Notes under the pieces: generated by a model
Databases searched by the model: none
What the model saw: only the letters and a program-made list of their open reading frames with translations
Told to the model about the DNA's origin: nothing
Position numbers and translations under genes: made by a program
Source of the DNA: Squalus acanthias
Lineage: Eukaryota
DNA: 64,000 nt
Direction: 5' to 3'
Assembly (NCBI GenBank): GCA_030390025.1
Contig: CM059446.1
Location: 23,498,001-23,562,000 of the forward strand
Shown here: piece by piece, positions 25,145 to 37,789 of the stretch
How positions within the stretch are numbered: position 1 is the first letter of the stretch
How the letters are laid out: each line of letters starts with the position of its first letter

Positions 25145-25495
25145 AAAAAAAATCATTTTTGGCATGTGGGAGTCGCTGGCAAGGCTGGCACTTATTGTTT
25201 TCAATAGTTGCCTTTGTACAGCTGGGTGGCTTGGTAGGCCACTTCAGAAGTGAGTTAAAAATCAACCATGGTGGTGTGGAACTGGAGTCACATTTAGGGA
25301 TGGCGTTTCCCTCCCTAAAGGACATTAGTGAACCAGTTGGGATTTTACGACAATCTGACAGCTTCAGTGAAAGGTCACCTTTACTGGTACCAGCTTTTTA
25401 TTTCCAGATTTTTTAAAAACTGAATTCTGTTATGGAGGAAATTGAACTCAAATTCTCTGGATTAATAGTCCATTAACATAACCACTACGCTATCA
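25145..25495 (-). mobile_element. tRNA-derived SINE (same family as 46310-46580)
   Basis: Minus strand head TAGCGTAGTGGTTATGTTAATGGACTATTAATCCAGAGAATTTGAGTTCAA; body resembles the 46310 copy. Confidence 0.55.
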
Positions 25496-25792
25496 CGTCA
25501 GTGTCTCTTTAAAAGATCAAAATGGTTAACACTTCAAAATTCTCCTAATCCATCCTAAGTGAATCCCAATCTAGCTTCGAGGGTGTACCTCCATACAGTT
25601 CCTCCTTCAGATATCAATGGCATTGCAACACAAAACAGAACCCATATACTTTCGCTAAACAGTCGACACTTATATCAGGCCCATGTATTCTGGCTTGCGT
25701 ACAACTGAGAAAATTTAAACCCAATTACAGAAGGCCTGACTGAGGTAATTTCTTATAATGCTTTCCCATTCTTTTCAATGAGGTCACCTTTA

Positions 25793-26562
25793 AATAACAA
25801 CTTGCACTTATATAACACCTTTATCATTGTAAAACATCCCAGGGCGTTTCACAGGAGTGATTATCTAACAAAATTTGACACTGAGCCAGATAAGGAGATA
25901 TTAGGACAGGTGACCAAAAGCTTGGTCAAAGAGGTAGGTTTAAAGGAGCGTCTTAAAAGGAGGAAAGAGAGGTAGAGAGGCGGAGAGGTTTAGGGAGGGA
26001 ATTCCAGAGCTTAAGGCTTAGGCAGCTGAAGGCACGACTGCCAATGGTGGAACGAAGAAAATCGGGGATGGGCAAGGACCAGAATTGAAGGAGCGCTGAG
26101 ATCGCGGAAGGTTGTAGGAGGTAACAGAGATCAGGAGAGGCGAGGCGAGGCCATGGAGGATTGGAAAACAAGGATGGGAATTTCAAAATCGAGATACTGC
26201 CGGAGTGGGAACCAATGTAGGTCAGCGAGCATAGGGGTGATGGGTGAAAGGGAGATGTGGGAAGTTCAGATACGGGCAGCAGAATTTTGGATTAGCTCAA
26301 GTTTATGGAGGGTGTTAGGTGGGAGGCTGGCTAGGAGAGCACTGGAATAGTCAAGTCTAGTCATAACAAAGGCATGAATGAGGGTTTCAGCAGCAGATGA
26401 GCTGAGGCAGGGGCTGAGATGGGCGATGTTTGGAGGTGGAAGTAGGCCACCTTGTTGATACAGAGGATATGGGGTCGGAAGCTCAGCTCAGGGTCAAACA
26501 GGACGCCAAGTTGCAAACCGTCTGGTTCAGCCTCAGACAGTTGCAGGGAGAGGGATGGAGTC
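25793..26562 (-). mobile_element. L2-clade LINE 3' fragment
   Basis: Reverse complement of the 21540-22478 family; GSRAFSCLSLKLWNSLP; tail at 25793-25825. Confidence 0.85.
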
Positions 26563-29093
26563 ATTCCTCGTTCATACCTCATTGATTCCTTCATAACAGT
26601 TTCTCGGTAAGGTGCTGAGGGAAGATGATCAAAATCTGGACTATGATCAATTATTGAGTACATTACATATACAAAAAGTCAATGTATCTGAAGAATTTAG
26701 GCACACAGGACAAAACAGAAATCTTTTGTAGAATGTGGAGAAAAGGTGATTATGAGATTCGTGGGAAACTTTTTTGACAAAGACAAGCAGATTGGAAGAG
26801 CCAGCCAGAAGTCGCAATATGCTGAGAAGAGGCAAGTGCTATATAGACAATCTGAGGAAAACAATCTTGCTGTTACATGTACCTTCTCAAAATACTTTCT
26901 GAATACTTTAAAATGAACCTCAACTTTGGAAGGCTAGCCTTGAGAAATCATTGACCAAGGTAAGAGCAGATTGAGATACTCTTACCAGTAATGCGCAGCA
27001 GCCATGGAAAGGCATTTGTAAACAATCATGTTGATGAAGAGTGGATAACACCAAGTACCATGTATGGACATTTTTTAAGCTTATCAATGAACCTCCATGG
27101 AAATGTTTGGTGTATGGATCTAGAACACTGTCCTTCGATTACTTGGATCCCAGTCCAGAATGACTGAATAAAGCTCTCCTCTCTCGCTGTGTGAAAATGT
27201 CTTACAGAAATTGGATTGGGGTAATCTATATCCAGTTTCTAGCATATATGAATCGACAGCACTAAACTTCTCACAAATTGTCACTAATCTGACAATCTCA
27301 GAGAGGTCACAGACATGGCTGATTCCTCAGCACTGGCAACAATCACTTTGACCACTATAATAAGCATAAGGATAATGGTCTTCCAACTTAATGTGGAATA
27401 ACCTATCTTAGTATATTCCACAACCCAAGTATCTGCAGTAACATTAATGCACTGTCAGATGCAGCTCACTACAGAAACTTGATTGAAAGAAGTGGTGGCA
27501 AATCTAGCAAAGTGTGTTCGTCCACAGCATGTGACATTGGGTGACTTACTGAATCTGCCAGAAGACTTCTGGAGTGGAGACCAGAATTAGATGTACAACT
27601 AACTCAGTTCCAATTATCCCTGAAAACTGGAGTGCCATTGTTGGCCACAATATGATACAGCGCACAAGTTTTTCCTTTTATAACCCCCGAGGACAAAATG
27701 AGTCTCCAACTCTTGAATGAGTGACTAGCATAGTCTTATTCATCTCTTCAGAGAAAATCTTATACAACTAAGCACTAATGAAGTGTCATCCTTCATTAGA
27801 CATATCTAATAGCCTAACTTGAACATGTGATGATTATACTACTAGATATACAAAACTGAGTTGATTACATCACACTACTGACTAGCTGGCATTGGAAGAT
27901 ACCTTTAGCCTTCCTGCACATGTTAAATCCAGATTTATTTGCCCATGAAAGTTCTAAATTTAGGTAATGTATTTTGAATGCCGATACATGATCCTAAGTA
28001 TTGATCAAGTAAGCTTGGTATTTCTTGATCTTTATTCCAAATCATTCTGGTAAAGTATCACCTTTTTCTAAAAGAATCCAGTTTCCTGGCCTCCATATCT
28101 GGAAACTGCAGCTCAGTGAAACCAGACTGAGCATATTTCTCTGTTCATAACAATACTGAGGCAATGTCAGAGGGTTCAACAGCTGCCTGGGCAAACAGCC
28201 CACATACAACCTTCTTTTGACATAACAGAAAGTAGTCAAGTTAGATACAGCAAAATGACTTTCCCCAAGCAAAATGATTCTGGATGCTGCAAGGAGACCA
28301 TTATCTAGAACGTAGAGACATAAGAATGTCCATAAATCTAGTACTAAATGTAGAGAAACTCATGGGTTACTAGGCTAAGCGCAATGACCATCCAGCTGAA
28401 ATGTGATGGCAATTCAAGGGAATATACCGCCCCTCCCCCCTCAATCTTGGTGTCCTTGCTGGTATTTATAGAGTGGACTCCTACCATAGCTAAACAAAAA
28501 CTGGGGCACTGAAGGGGATTATAAAGATGATTGAGAAGTGCTCATTTCTGAAATTATTTTAATTTTCTTTTTTGCTACTCACATTTAAAAGGGTTGTGAG
28601 AATCAATTCATGTTATATAAACTCAAAAGGATAAATTTTATTGAAAATTATGTTTTACACAGCAGCTTGCATTCATTGCTGAACTAAAGCATTTACAGTA
28701 AAATTATGCTTCTTTAAATTATCACATGAATCAATTAATTAAACTTTTTAAAAACATCTTTTAAAATAAATGTTTGAATACATCTCCAGCAAAAACTAAA
28801 GACATAAAAAATGGTCCATGAGCAAGCCATTTATTCTTTAATTTATTTGAGACTATATGAATTTAGTGCTGATGTCAAAGGAAACTTTTGGGGGTGCGGA
28901 AGAGGTGAGGGGTCAACGATATCATTGCATCAAGCAAAGGAATCATATGTGGAGACTTAAGGAAGATGTTCGTTGTATCTCTACTGAGGGGCAACGTGGG
29001 AATAAGAATCTCTACCTTAAGTGGATTGGGCACTATACTGCTTTTTCAATGTATTATACAGGGCACGCTGCTAGGTTCTAAAAATGAAACCTA

Positions 29094-29780
29094 GGGGGAG
29101 AAATTCGGTTGCTTTGCGCCTCCTGTTAGCGCCCTAAGAGGGCGCTAACGGGGCGCAAAGCAACTAGTGCCCAGGCGCGGCGCCGCCAATGCCTCCCGCG
29201 AAATTCAGCGGGAGGTTAGCAGCGCCAGTAACCATTAGCGCCCCACGGTGCTGCGCCACCAGCGATGATGTCATCGCCATGCGCAGCGCCTCGCCCGCTA
29301 TCTTCGGTAGCGCCCCCTGACTTACCGCCGTACACCATGTCTGACGGGGTCAGGGGGGCCTACCTGCGGCCGGGGCGGCACTAATTAAAGGCGAGGTGCC
29401 GGGTGGCCATTTTTGTTGCTGGCCGCCTGCCAGCACCTGCCTCTGTTGCCGTCCCTGGCCTCCTGAACACCCCCCCTGCTCCATGAGCCCGGCACTTCTC
29501 TTGTGTGCTGGGCTCTTTTGCCGGCACGCCGATCCCGGTGGCCCAGCTGGGCCCTGGGTCACACTGCGCAAGGCCCCTCCCCTTTAAGAAGGGGAGGAAG
29601 ACCTGCAATACTCTGGCGCGACGTGCCGCAGCGCCCCAAGAGGGAGGCGGGGCGCTTCCAGTAGCGCCCTGCTTCCCTCTTGGGGCGCTACCGATGAATT
29701 TCGGCCATGGGGGGGGCGCTAAAAGTAGCGCCCTGGGGAAGTTAGCGCCCCAAAGGGGACGCGACTCAATTTCCCCCCCC
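29094..29780 (+). mobile_element. GC-rich non-autonomous DNA transposon (PIF/Harbinger-type MITE), family A copy 1
   Basis: TIRs GGGGGAGAAATT / AATTTCCCCCCC; 3-bp TSD (CTA or TAG); similar to 49929-50483 and 51653-52306. Confidence 0.82.
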
Positions 29781-31606
29781 TAGAGTTTTCCTTCAATGAC
29801 AAAAGAATGCTTGTTTGATAGTCAACGTGAATGTGATTAAAATACAACATGGATACCGAACCTGCAGGGCAGAGGCACATACAAAAGTTTTGTGGCTTTG
29901 TTACATCATTTTAAATGATAAGTGATCAAAGTGGACTATATGAATTGAACCTACCTGCATCCTAGCTATATAAATGAGTGAACAGCTGAGTATCGCACTA
30001 TTTTTAAAAGTCATCATATAGGGTAAATGCCACCTCCTAATGATTCACATTTACTGTTCCATACCATATGCAGTATATGTACACCACATTGCTCAACAAA
30101 CTAATGTGCTGTCTTTAACGGCTTCACCACTGTTAGTAAGTTTGTCTCACTGTCTGATGTACAGTAGAACTATGGGGGTAGAATTTCCACAGGGTTCTCC
30201 CGATCTCCACCATAACTTCAAACAGATCAGCGGAAACCCCAAAGAAATGATGTGAACAGCTGTTATGTGGGAGATCTCTCCCATGTAGTGGTACAGTGCT
30301 GGCAATATATGTTCATGATCTATACATTCTTTAAAAATGACCATAATATAAAATATGGGACATGAGCATTGTAAAGAGAATACAAGGTGTTTGGGGTGCA
30401 CCCTTGCACATGGTCCCAGACTTTATTTTTGTGAATACTGTGTTCATCAAAATGAGGGTTATTTGTGATAGGGAATGGAACACTTTGCATCTTGGGTACC
30501 CATTGTAAGTATCATATGCTTTCAGGTTGTCAGACAGAGAATAAAACTGCTTCCTGTGGCCTCCCTGAGATTTAACAGCAGTTTAGTGCTATGGGCCCGT
30601 GTCCACTGGGACTGGCATTGGCCATACCTATTTCACGTAGGACTCTTACAGCCGACAGACAGAGGAGACTTTAATCCCATCAGTCTGGCTCCCATAGATG
30701 AAAGGCCAGTGTCGAACCCGCTGTGTCACCCAGTATCGTTTTTAAAAAAAAATTGTGGGTCCAATATGAGTAGAAAAAAATTGCTTACCGTTGCCTGGGT
30801 TCCAATGTAATGTTGTGCAGGTCATGAAGAAAAGTGAATTGAGAAAAATTAGTTATATGAATGTATTTATTCAAAATAACTCCATATTTTAGAATGATGT
30901 AACACTAACATGACGATTTTAATAAAATATAAATTACTGTCAGTTATTGTTTTCATTGCCGGAAGGTGGGATTTTCAGCTGTGGTTGGTGCTTTTTAAAA
31001 ACTAATGAAAAGAAATTGAACAGAAAGTGAGCATCACCTGCCAATGTAACTCCAATTTCTCTGAAGGACAGAGTTTGAGGCTTAAACCTTTGTACAACTT
31101 GCAGGCAGGGTCCTCCTGATCTAAACTCCAATAGGATGCAATCAGTTCTAAGTACTAGGCTAATGAAAAATTACAAGGTGTTTAGATGAACAGTGAGAAG
31201 CAATTTCTCTTTAGCTTGGTACCTGGAACTGATTGCATCCCACTAAGCACACAGTTTCGAGTTTTGAAACTGCCAACGCTTGATGTTGAAAATGAGTCAT
31301 AAAGGTGGAAAAGTGTTCCATTCCCTAGTAATCAGATCCCTTCCCTTGATGGGGAATGTGAGAAACTGTACTTGAACTATGTCCATACTTTAACCCTACA
31401 TTTTTGTGCCTCGAATAACTTAATATAATGAGTAATTTCTTCATGATTGTAGTTATTGATTTAGGATACAGACTGTCAACAGTAAATACTGACTCAGTTG
31501 ATGTTAGAGGGAAACTGGACAAATTCCTACTTCAGTATGCCGTGGACAGATTGAAAACAAAACTGTGAAATAGTTAGATTGGATCCTGAAAGAGGCTTTG
31601 GCTGAT

Positions 31607-32311
31607 AACAACAACTTGCCTATAGTGCCTTTATTGTAGCAAAACATCCCAAGGTGCTTCACATGAGCGATTATCAAACAAAATTTGACACAGAGCCTCA
31701 TAAGGAGATATTAGGACAGATGGTCAAAGAGGTAGGTTTTAAGCAACGTCTCAAAGGAGGTGAGAGAGGTAGAGAGGTTTGGGGAGGGAATTCCAGAGCT
31801 TAGGGCCGAGGCAGCTGAAGGCACAGCCACCAATGGTGGAGCGATGAAAATCCAGAATTGGAGGAGCACAGATATCTCGGAGGGTTGTAGGGCTGGAGAA
31901 GGTTACAGAGATAGGGAGGGGCGAGGCCATGGAGGGATTTGAAAACAAGGATGAGAATTTTTAATTTGAGGCGTTGCCGGACCTGAGCCAATGTAGGTCA
32001 GCGAGCACAGGGGTGATGGGTGAACAGGACAGTGCGAGTTAGGATAGGGGCAGCAGAGTTTCAGACAAGGTCAAGTTTATGGAGGGTGCAAGGTAAGAAG
32101 CCGGCCAGGAGAGCATTGGATTAGTCAAGTCTAGAGGTAATAAAGGCATGGATAAGCTGAGGCAGGGGTGGAGACAGGGTGTGTTACGGAGGTGGAAGTA
32201 GGCGTTGTTGGTGCTGGAGCTGATATGGGGTTGGAAGCTCATCTCAGGATCAAATAGGGTGCCACAGTTGCAAACAATCTGGTTCAGCCTCAGACAGTGG
32301 CCAGGGAGAGG
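31607..32311 (-). mobile_element. L2-clade LINE 3' fragment
   Basis: KILILVFKSLHGLAPPYL and GPKLWNSLP on -; same tail as the other L2 copies. Confidence 0.85.
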
Positions 32312-33589
32312 AAAATAAACTGGGTGGCTTTTCCTCGTTCCTATATGCTTATGATGAAAAACCTGCCCAGCACCTGGTATATCGAAAGTGCATATGATGT
32401 AAAGATTCCTGTCACTGCAAATCTGATTCCCAGAAACTAAAGAATCTCAGCTAACTGATATAGTGATGCAAATGGACAGAATCATGTATAGGGCAAGTAG
32501 TGGGCTGGTAGAATCCTGTGGTCTCTCAATATTGAAAATTTCTACACACTTTGCTGAGCCACTTGAGTTAGCCAAGCTGTCTTTACTCAAGTTGCTGAAA
32601 GGAAGTCATCAAAAACTTCTATTTGAGTGCTGGGATTAAAATTAGTTTCTTGCTGGAGTGTTTAAACAAGTCCAGCATTAGAGGAAACATTTCGTAGATA
32701 CTCAATGTGACCGAAGTATTTTTATTGAAGACCGAGAAGTCAATCCTTGGGGCATCCAAACTACTGCCTAGAGTAAAGATGCAGCTCATAAACTCTAGCT
32801 GTCTGGTCCATGAAGCGCTAGCACTTCAATCCTATTTGCACTTATATTCCTCACTCCACTGGTTTCTCCAGTTAGAATTTCACAAGCCTGAGGTTTGCTA
32901 AAGTTTTTCTCAGCTCTTTTCTGTCATTAATCCTATATCTGAACACCTAGATCTGTTATCAATTAACGGAATTTGAGATATATGCAAATTAATAGATGCA
33001 TTTATTTGGACTTAATTTACGCTCTGCGGGGCTTTATAGTGGACACCCAAGCGGCCCACAAAGACAAAGGTTTCAGACACTCCTGGTCTATCCAATAAAA
33101 AGCAAATCCTCCAATACATTAGCCATGATGGTCTTGAGGTTTGAGCTTAGTACAGTCATGAAGAATGAAGACCTGGGATTCTCTCTGTTGACTCAGAGCA
33201 AGGAAAGAGATCATACTTAGAAACAGAAATTAAAATTGAAGACTAATGAGATGTTATCCTCAAGACACAGGGAGGTAATTTTCTTGCTGAGGTATCAAAG
33301 AAAAATTAAGAGAGACCAAGAACTCGTACATTGGGCATTCCAATCGATTGTTGAAAAGATGAAACAAAAATAACCAACTATTAGCACAGTAGGTAGGAGA
33401 CATCTCACAAACTAGATGCAAAAATGTAATCTACCATTCAGCTGTACAGGTGTCAATGAACACTTAGCTGTCCATATGTGGAAGACTCAACACAAAGATG
33501 ATAATTTTAGAAGTGCTATGGAGCATAGAATGGCACTGCTGTAACAGCACCAGGTGAGGGAAGAGACTATACAGCACTGTAGCACTGAG

Positions 33590-33915
33590 AGAAGAAAGAA
33601 CTTGGGATTTATATTATGGCAATGAATTATTCTGAAATGCAGTTACTGTTGTTATGAAGGCAAACCTATCAGTCAATTTGTGCACAGCAAGATCCTTCAA
33701 ACAGCAAATGAGATAAATGATCAGTTAATCTGTTTTTGTGGCATTGGCCAAGAGATGAATGTCAGCCAGGACACCTGCACAACCCCTCTCCTCTTTTCAA
33801 ATAGTGCTACGGGTTCTTCCACCTGAACAGGCAGGTGGGGCCTCAATTTAATTTCTCTTCTGAAATACAGCACCTCCAACAATACAGCACTCCCTCAGTA
33901 CTGCAATGAAGTGTC
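33590..33915 (-). mobile_element. Deu-SINE, diverged
   Basis: CAATTTGTGCACAGCAAGATCC..GCCAGGACACC..AATAGTGC..CAGCACTCCCTCAGTACTGCA. Confidence 0.7.
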
Positions 33916-35074
33916 CGTACTAAGCATACTACAATAGTTTGCTGCACGGTATACAGCAGTGTGGTACTACTTTATACAGCAGCACACACAACATTATACT
34001 ACAATATAATGTATAGAATTAGATGGAAAACAGATGGTTAAGGGTGTAGAACCTGAGGTGGTTTGACTTCATTCAAGCCTCCAAGATTTTTATGAATGTC
34101 ATGTACATTGAGTGTGTGCAATATAGTGCGCAACAGTAAGCAAATTCCTTGTGATGGTTAGTGCAGATATTGAAGAAAAGTGAATTGTGAAAAATTTGAT
34201 GGCGAAATACATATATTTATTCACTTATTTTAGGCAAAATCTCCTTTCGGATTGTGCATTATATGGTAACCTTGCTTAAAAATAATGTTCACAATATTAT
34301 TTTTCAAGATGAGGATGCTAAAGCTCTAATAGTATGAGACGAGACAAAAATTAAAAACCTTTTTTACTGGGCTATAATCCTCTTGCATGTATTATAGTAA
34401 ATAGCAGAGCAAGCATCACACAGAAAACAGAGTTGGCTACAAAACAACAGAAAGGTTCAGATGACAACATCTGCTATATATCTATGTTGCTGTTTTTAAA
34501 ATATTTTAATTCAGACTGAAAAGTTAAATTGCAAATAGATGACAGACTCCTCTGAAACTCCAGCACTATTATACCATCTGACTCACTACAGTGATACCAA
34601 GTATCATAGGGAAATTGCATACCATATATGCATCACAATATACAAGACTTTTAACAGGGAACCACAAACTCCATATGCATTACAGTACACAAAGCACATC
34701 ACAGTTAATTGTGGCATGATTTATATTATTAAGGTGTTTGCTTTACAGTGCAAAACTCATTTTGACCTACAGAAAGTACCAATGAGATTTCCCCCCAATA
34801 AATGAACAATGTCATAAAAAATAAATTCTGCTGAAATACATATCATTAGTAACTTCAAACAATTAAAATTTCAGATTAATGTTTAATCATCAGTATCCCC
34901 TATTCAGTCTGGTGAAAGGTTGGTATCCCAATTATGGGCTTTCTCGCAACATTTTAAACTTTAATTCACAGCGAAAATAGTAGTTTCTATAAGCAGACCG
35001 AGTCTCCTCTGAACTGAGTGGGATAGTGTGCCATGGAACTAATGATTACCTCTCAACTACTGCACTAGAGACCA

Positions 35075-35806
35075 CATTTCCCGGTCCTCAGGAAATCCGG
35101 CAGCTGAAGGGAGGCGAGTACTGCAGGATCTAGCAGGTAAGTGCCTTACCAGCACTGCTTGTGGGCCAGGACGAGAAGGAGTGCTTTGCCCCGGCCCATC
35201 AAGCTACCTTGTTAACCTCTTCAGCGATCGGGCCCCCCACCCTGATGCCCTCCCCAGACTGTGATCTCCTTCTCACACCCGCCCCCCACCGCCCCCCCCA
35301 ACCATGTCTTCCCTGGACTACAATCTCCTTCCTGCCCTTCCACCCCACGTCTTCCCCGGCCTGCGATTTCCGTCCTGCACGCCCCATTCACGTCCTCTCC
35401 AGCCTGCACTCTTCCCATGCCCACCCCCCATGATCCTCTCCACTGCCAGCGCCACACCCCGCCCCCCCCGCCCACTCTCCTCCACGATCTTCTCCCCCCC
35501 CCCCCCCAACCCCAATCAATGCTCCCCCCCCCCCCGACCCATGAACTTTCCGGGAAACCTCATCAATATCCCCCACCCCAGACCCACAATCTCTCTAGAC
35601 TCCCCCCCCATTGATGTCGCCACCGACCTCTCCGCTCCCCAGCTGCGGCCTGGTGCCGCAGGCCTACCCGCCTGACAGCCAACTAAGCTCTCAATCTGCC
35701 TGGCTGTGGCTGGGAAATGGATTCGAAAAATGGTAAACAGGTCCTGCTGTTAAATTCGGCAGGCCCCAATCGCAAAACTGCACCCACCTCACAAATATCG
35801 TGGCCC
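35075..35806 (+). mobile_element. Partial MITE related to family B (40361-41129), with C-rich internal repeat
   Basis: GGAAATCCGGCAGCTGAAGG..CTGCAGGATCTAGCAGGTAAGTG parallels 40621-40675; C-rich GATC-containing array at 35230-35620; TIR-like AATATCGTGGCCC at the end. Confidence 0.5.
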
Positions 35807-37389
35807 AAGTGTCAATTCCAGGAACTAAACTGAACTAAAGGTAAAGAAAAGTCTGCAGTATATTTCCCACTCCAAAGAGCTGTCAATCAAGTTCAAAAAC
35901 ACAATGGAGTACACAGGCAAAGAATCATTTTTGTTCACAGATGAGATGTTCACAACTCATTCAAACCTTGCATATCTATTAATGCTCTGACCATGTATAA
36001 TTAACACCTAGAACAAATCTTCTTCCAAAACATATTCACCTTGTATATATGCCATAAAGAAAGATAATATAGAAGTCTCTCAAACCATTACAATTCATAC
36101 AGTTATGGAACTCACCTGCTAGATAGCTTTCCGAACAATGTGTTGATTAACAGTAGTCAAAGATTTCTTTCTATTTAGCAAACCAAAAACTAAAAGCTTT
36201 AAAAACATGAACCAGAGTATATCCAAGTATGATTAAGAAATAAGGAAGGCCCCCTGTACAGTACCTGGGAGAAGAATATAGATAGATTGTCTGAGTTATA
36301 TAAAAGGCCTGTCTTTCCCTAGTACAATACATATCATATGCACTTTGTAGGAAATTTTAACTTTTGCTTTTCATCTCAGTTTTCATCTACTATTAGAATA
36401 GTTAATTCACAGTGCAATCCATAGGGAGATACATTCTGTACTTCTGCGCAGGATCGAGCTTTTATTTTGGGAAGGGGAGGATGAGTGGGTGAGGGGCAGG
36501 AAGGGATATGGGATGGGGGACACATTTTGAAACAATGGGTTTATACAGTTTCTCTTTTTCAGAGAACCTTCACTGGATTGTTTAGGTCCAAATGACTGTA
36601 TCCAGGACAAAGTTACTCCACAGGTATGATTTGATGAACCATAGTGTAGTTTTTGACCAATTTTAGAGGTGCAATTCAGAAAAAGCAAATATCCAATTAT
36701 GGAAGTGTGCTTCTGAGAGAATCATATTTAAGTGGCTTGCTGCATAGGATCTCAGTCTAGTCCTGCTGGGCATTCTGTACCTTGAACAAATTACAGGAGT
36801 AAAGCTTTAGTACTGGCAAAGATATGACCAGCTATGAATTGGGCATCTTCCATCATTAATGAGTTGGTAAATTTCTTATCCTCGGGTGCCAGAATACAAA
36901 ACCTTGCTTATAGATTTGAAGGGAAGATGAGGTGGCAAGAATGGATTAGTCCAATTTAGTGATCAGAGTGCAGTGGATGATGTGTAGACAACCAATTGGA
37001 GGATAATCTGTATGCTTTTCAATTAGAGGTACTGTGAAAAATAAAAAAGTGACATAATGTAGATAACAGACTCTATGCAAAAGAAAACAATGAAGAGACT
37101 AAATAGTGACCTGTGTTAGGTTATGCTAACTCAATACAAACATTCATGTTCCTTAAAATATGGGGCAGGTCAGAACATTTTTAATCTTGCATTAACTTAA
37201 AAAAAAAAAGTAAAACTGAAAACAAAAAGGCATACAGGACTATTTTCTTGCAGATATGCCTATAGTTCCACAATTGAGTCACCAGGCTGGCTATTCACGA
37301 TAGCCAAAATTAAAATACAAGAGTGGTACATATTATAATACAATGCTATAGTAGATATTGAGATCCTTACTTTACAGTGTTGGTCTTAC

Positions 37390-37492
37390 CTTGCACTGGA
37401 AATCTGCTCCTTCTAACCTCATGCAGCCAGAGCCGAGGGTAATTTCTCCATTTTCATCCTCTTCAATAATGGCAAAACAGTTTCCATTTGTT
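37390..37492 (-). CDS. BMPR1A: BMPR1A ectodomain exon ([34 protein letters not shown])
   Basis: CAG acceptor, GTAAGA donor, 103 nt; retains the DFQC ligand-binding motif. Confidence 0.96.
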
Positions 37493-37726
37493 CTGCGTTA
37501 TAAAAATAATAAATTAGTAAGACTTGATGTGATATTTAGGTAAGCAAAATTAAGTGGATGTGTCAGTTTTATCAGTTAGCTTTCTAACTGCCACCTAATT
37601 TTGGTACTAATTGAACAAATTGAAAAATATAGACATACCATGTGCCTGGAGACACAGTTAGAGAATCAGCGCCAAATGTATGCGGAGGACAAGGATGACA
37701 GCTTCAGTATGTAGAAGAATTATTCT

Positions 37727-37748
37727 GGGGGGGGGGGGGGGGGGGGGG
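37727..37748. repeat. Poly-G tract (about 22 G)
   Basis: Directly visible. Confidence 0.9.
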
Positions 37749-37789
37749 AGAAGGAAAGAAAGTCAAGCATTTACAGGCTGAGAACTGGG

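Noticed and set aside
29350-29783. CpG-rich blocks as promoters/CpG islands or coding exons (also 51781-52310)
   Set aside because: They are three copies of one TIR- and TSD-bounded element
35161-35675. Proline/glycine-rich ORFs here and at 40682-41211
   Set aside because: By-products of C-rich repeats inside MITEs
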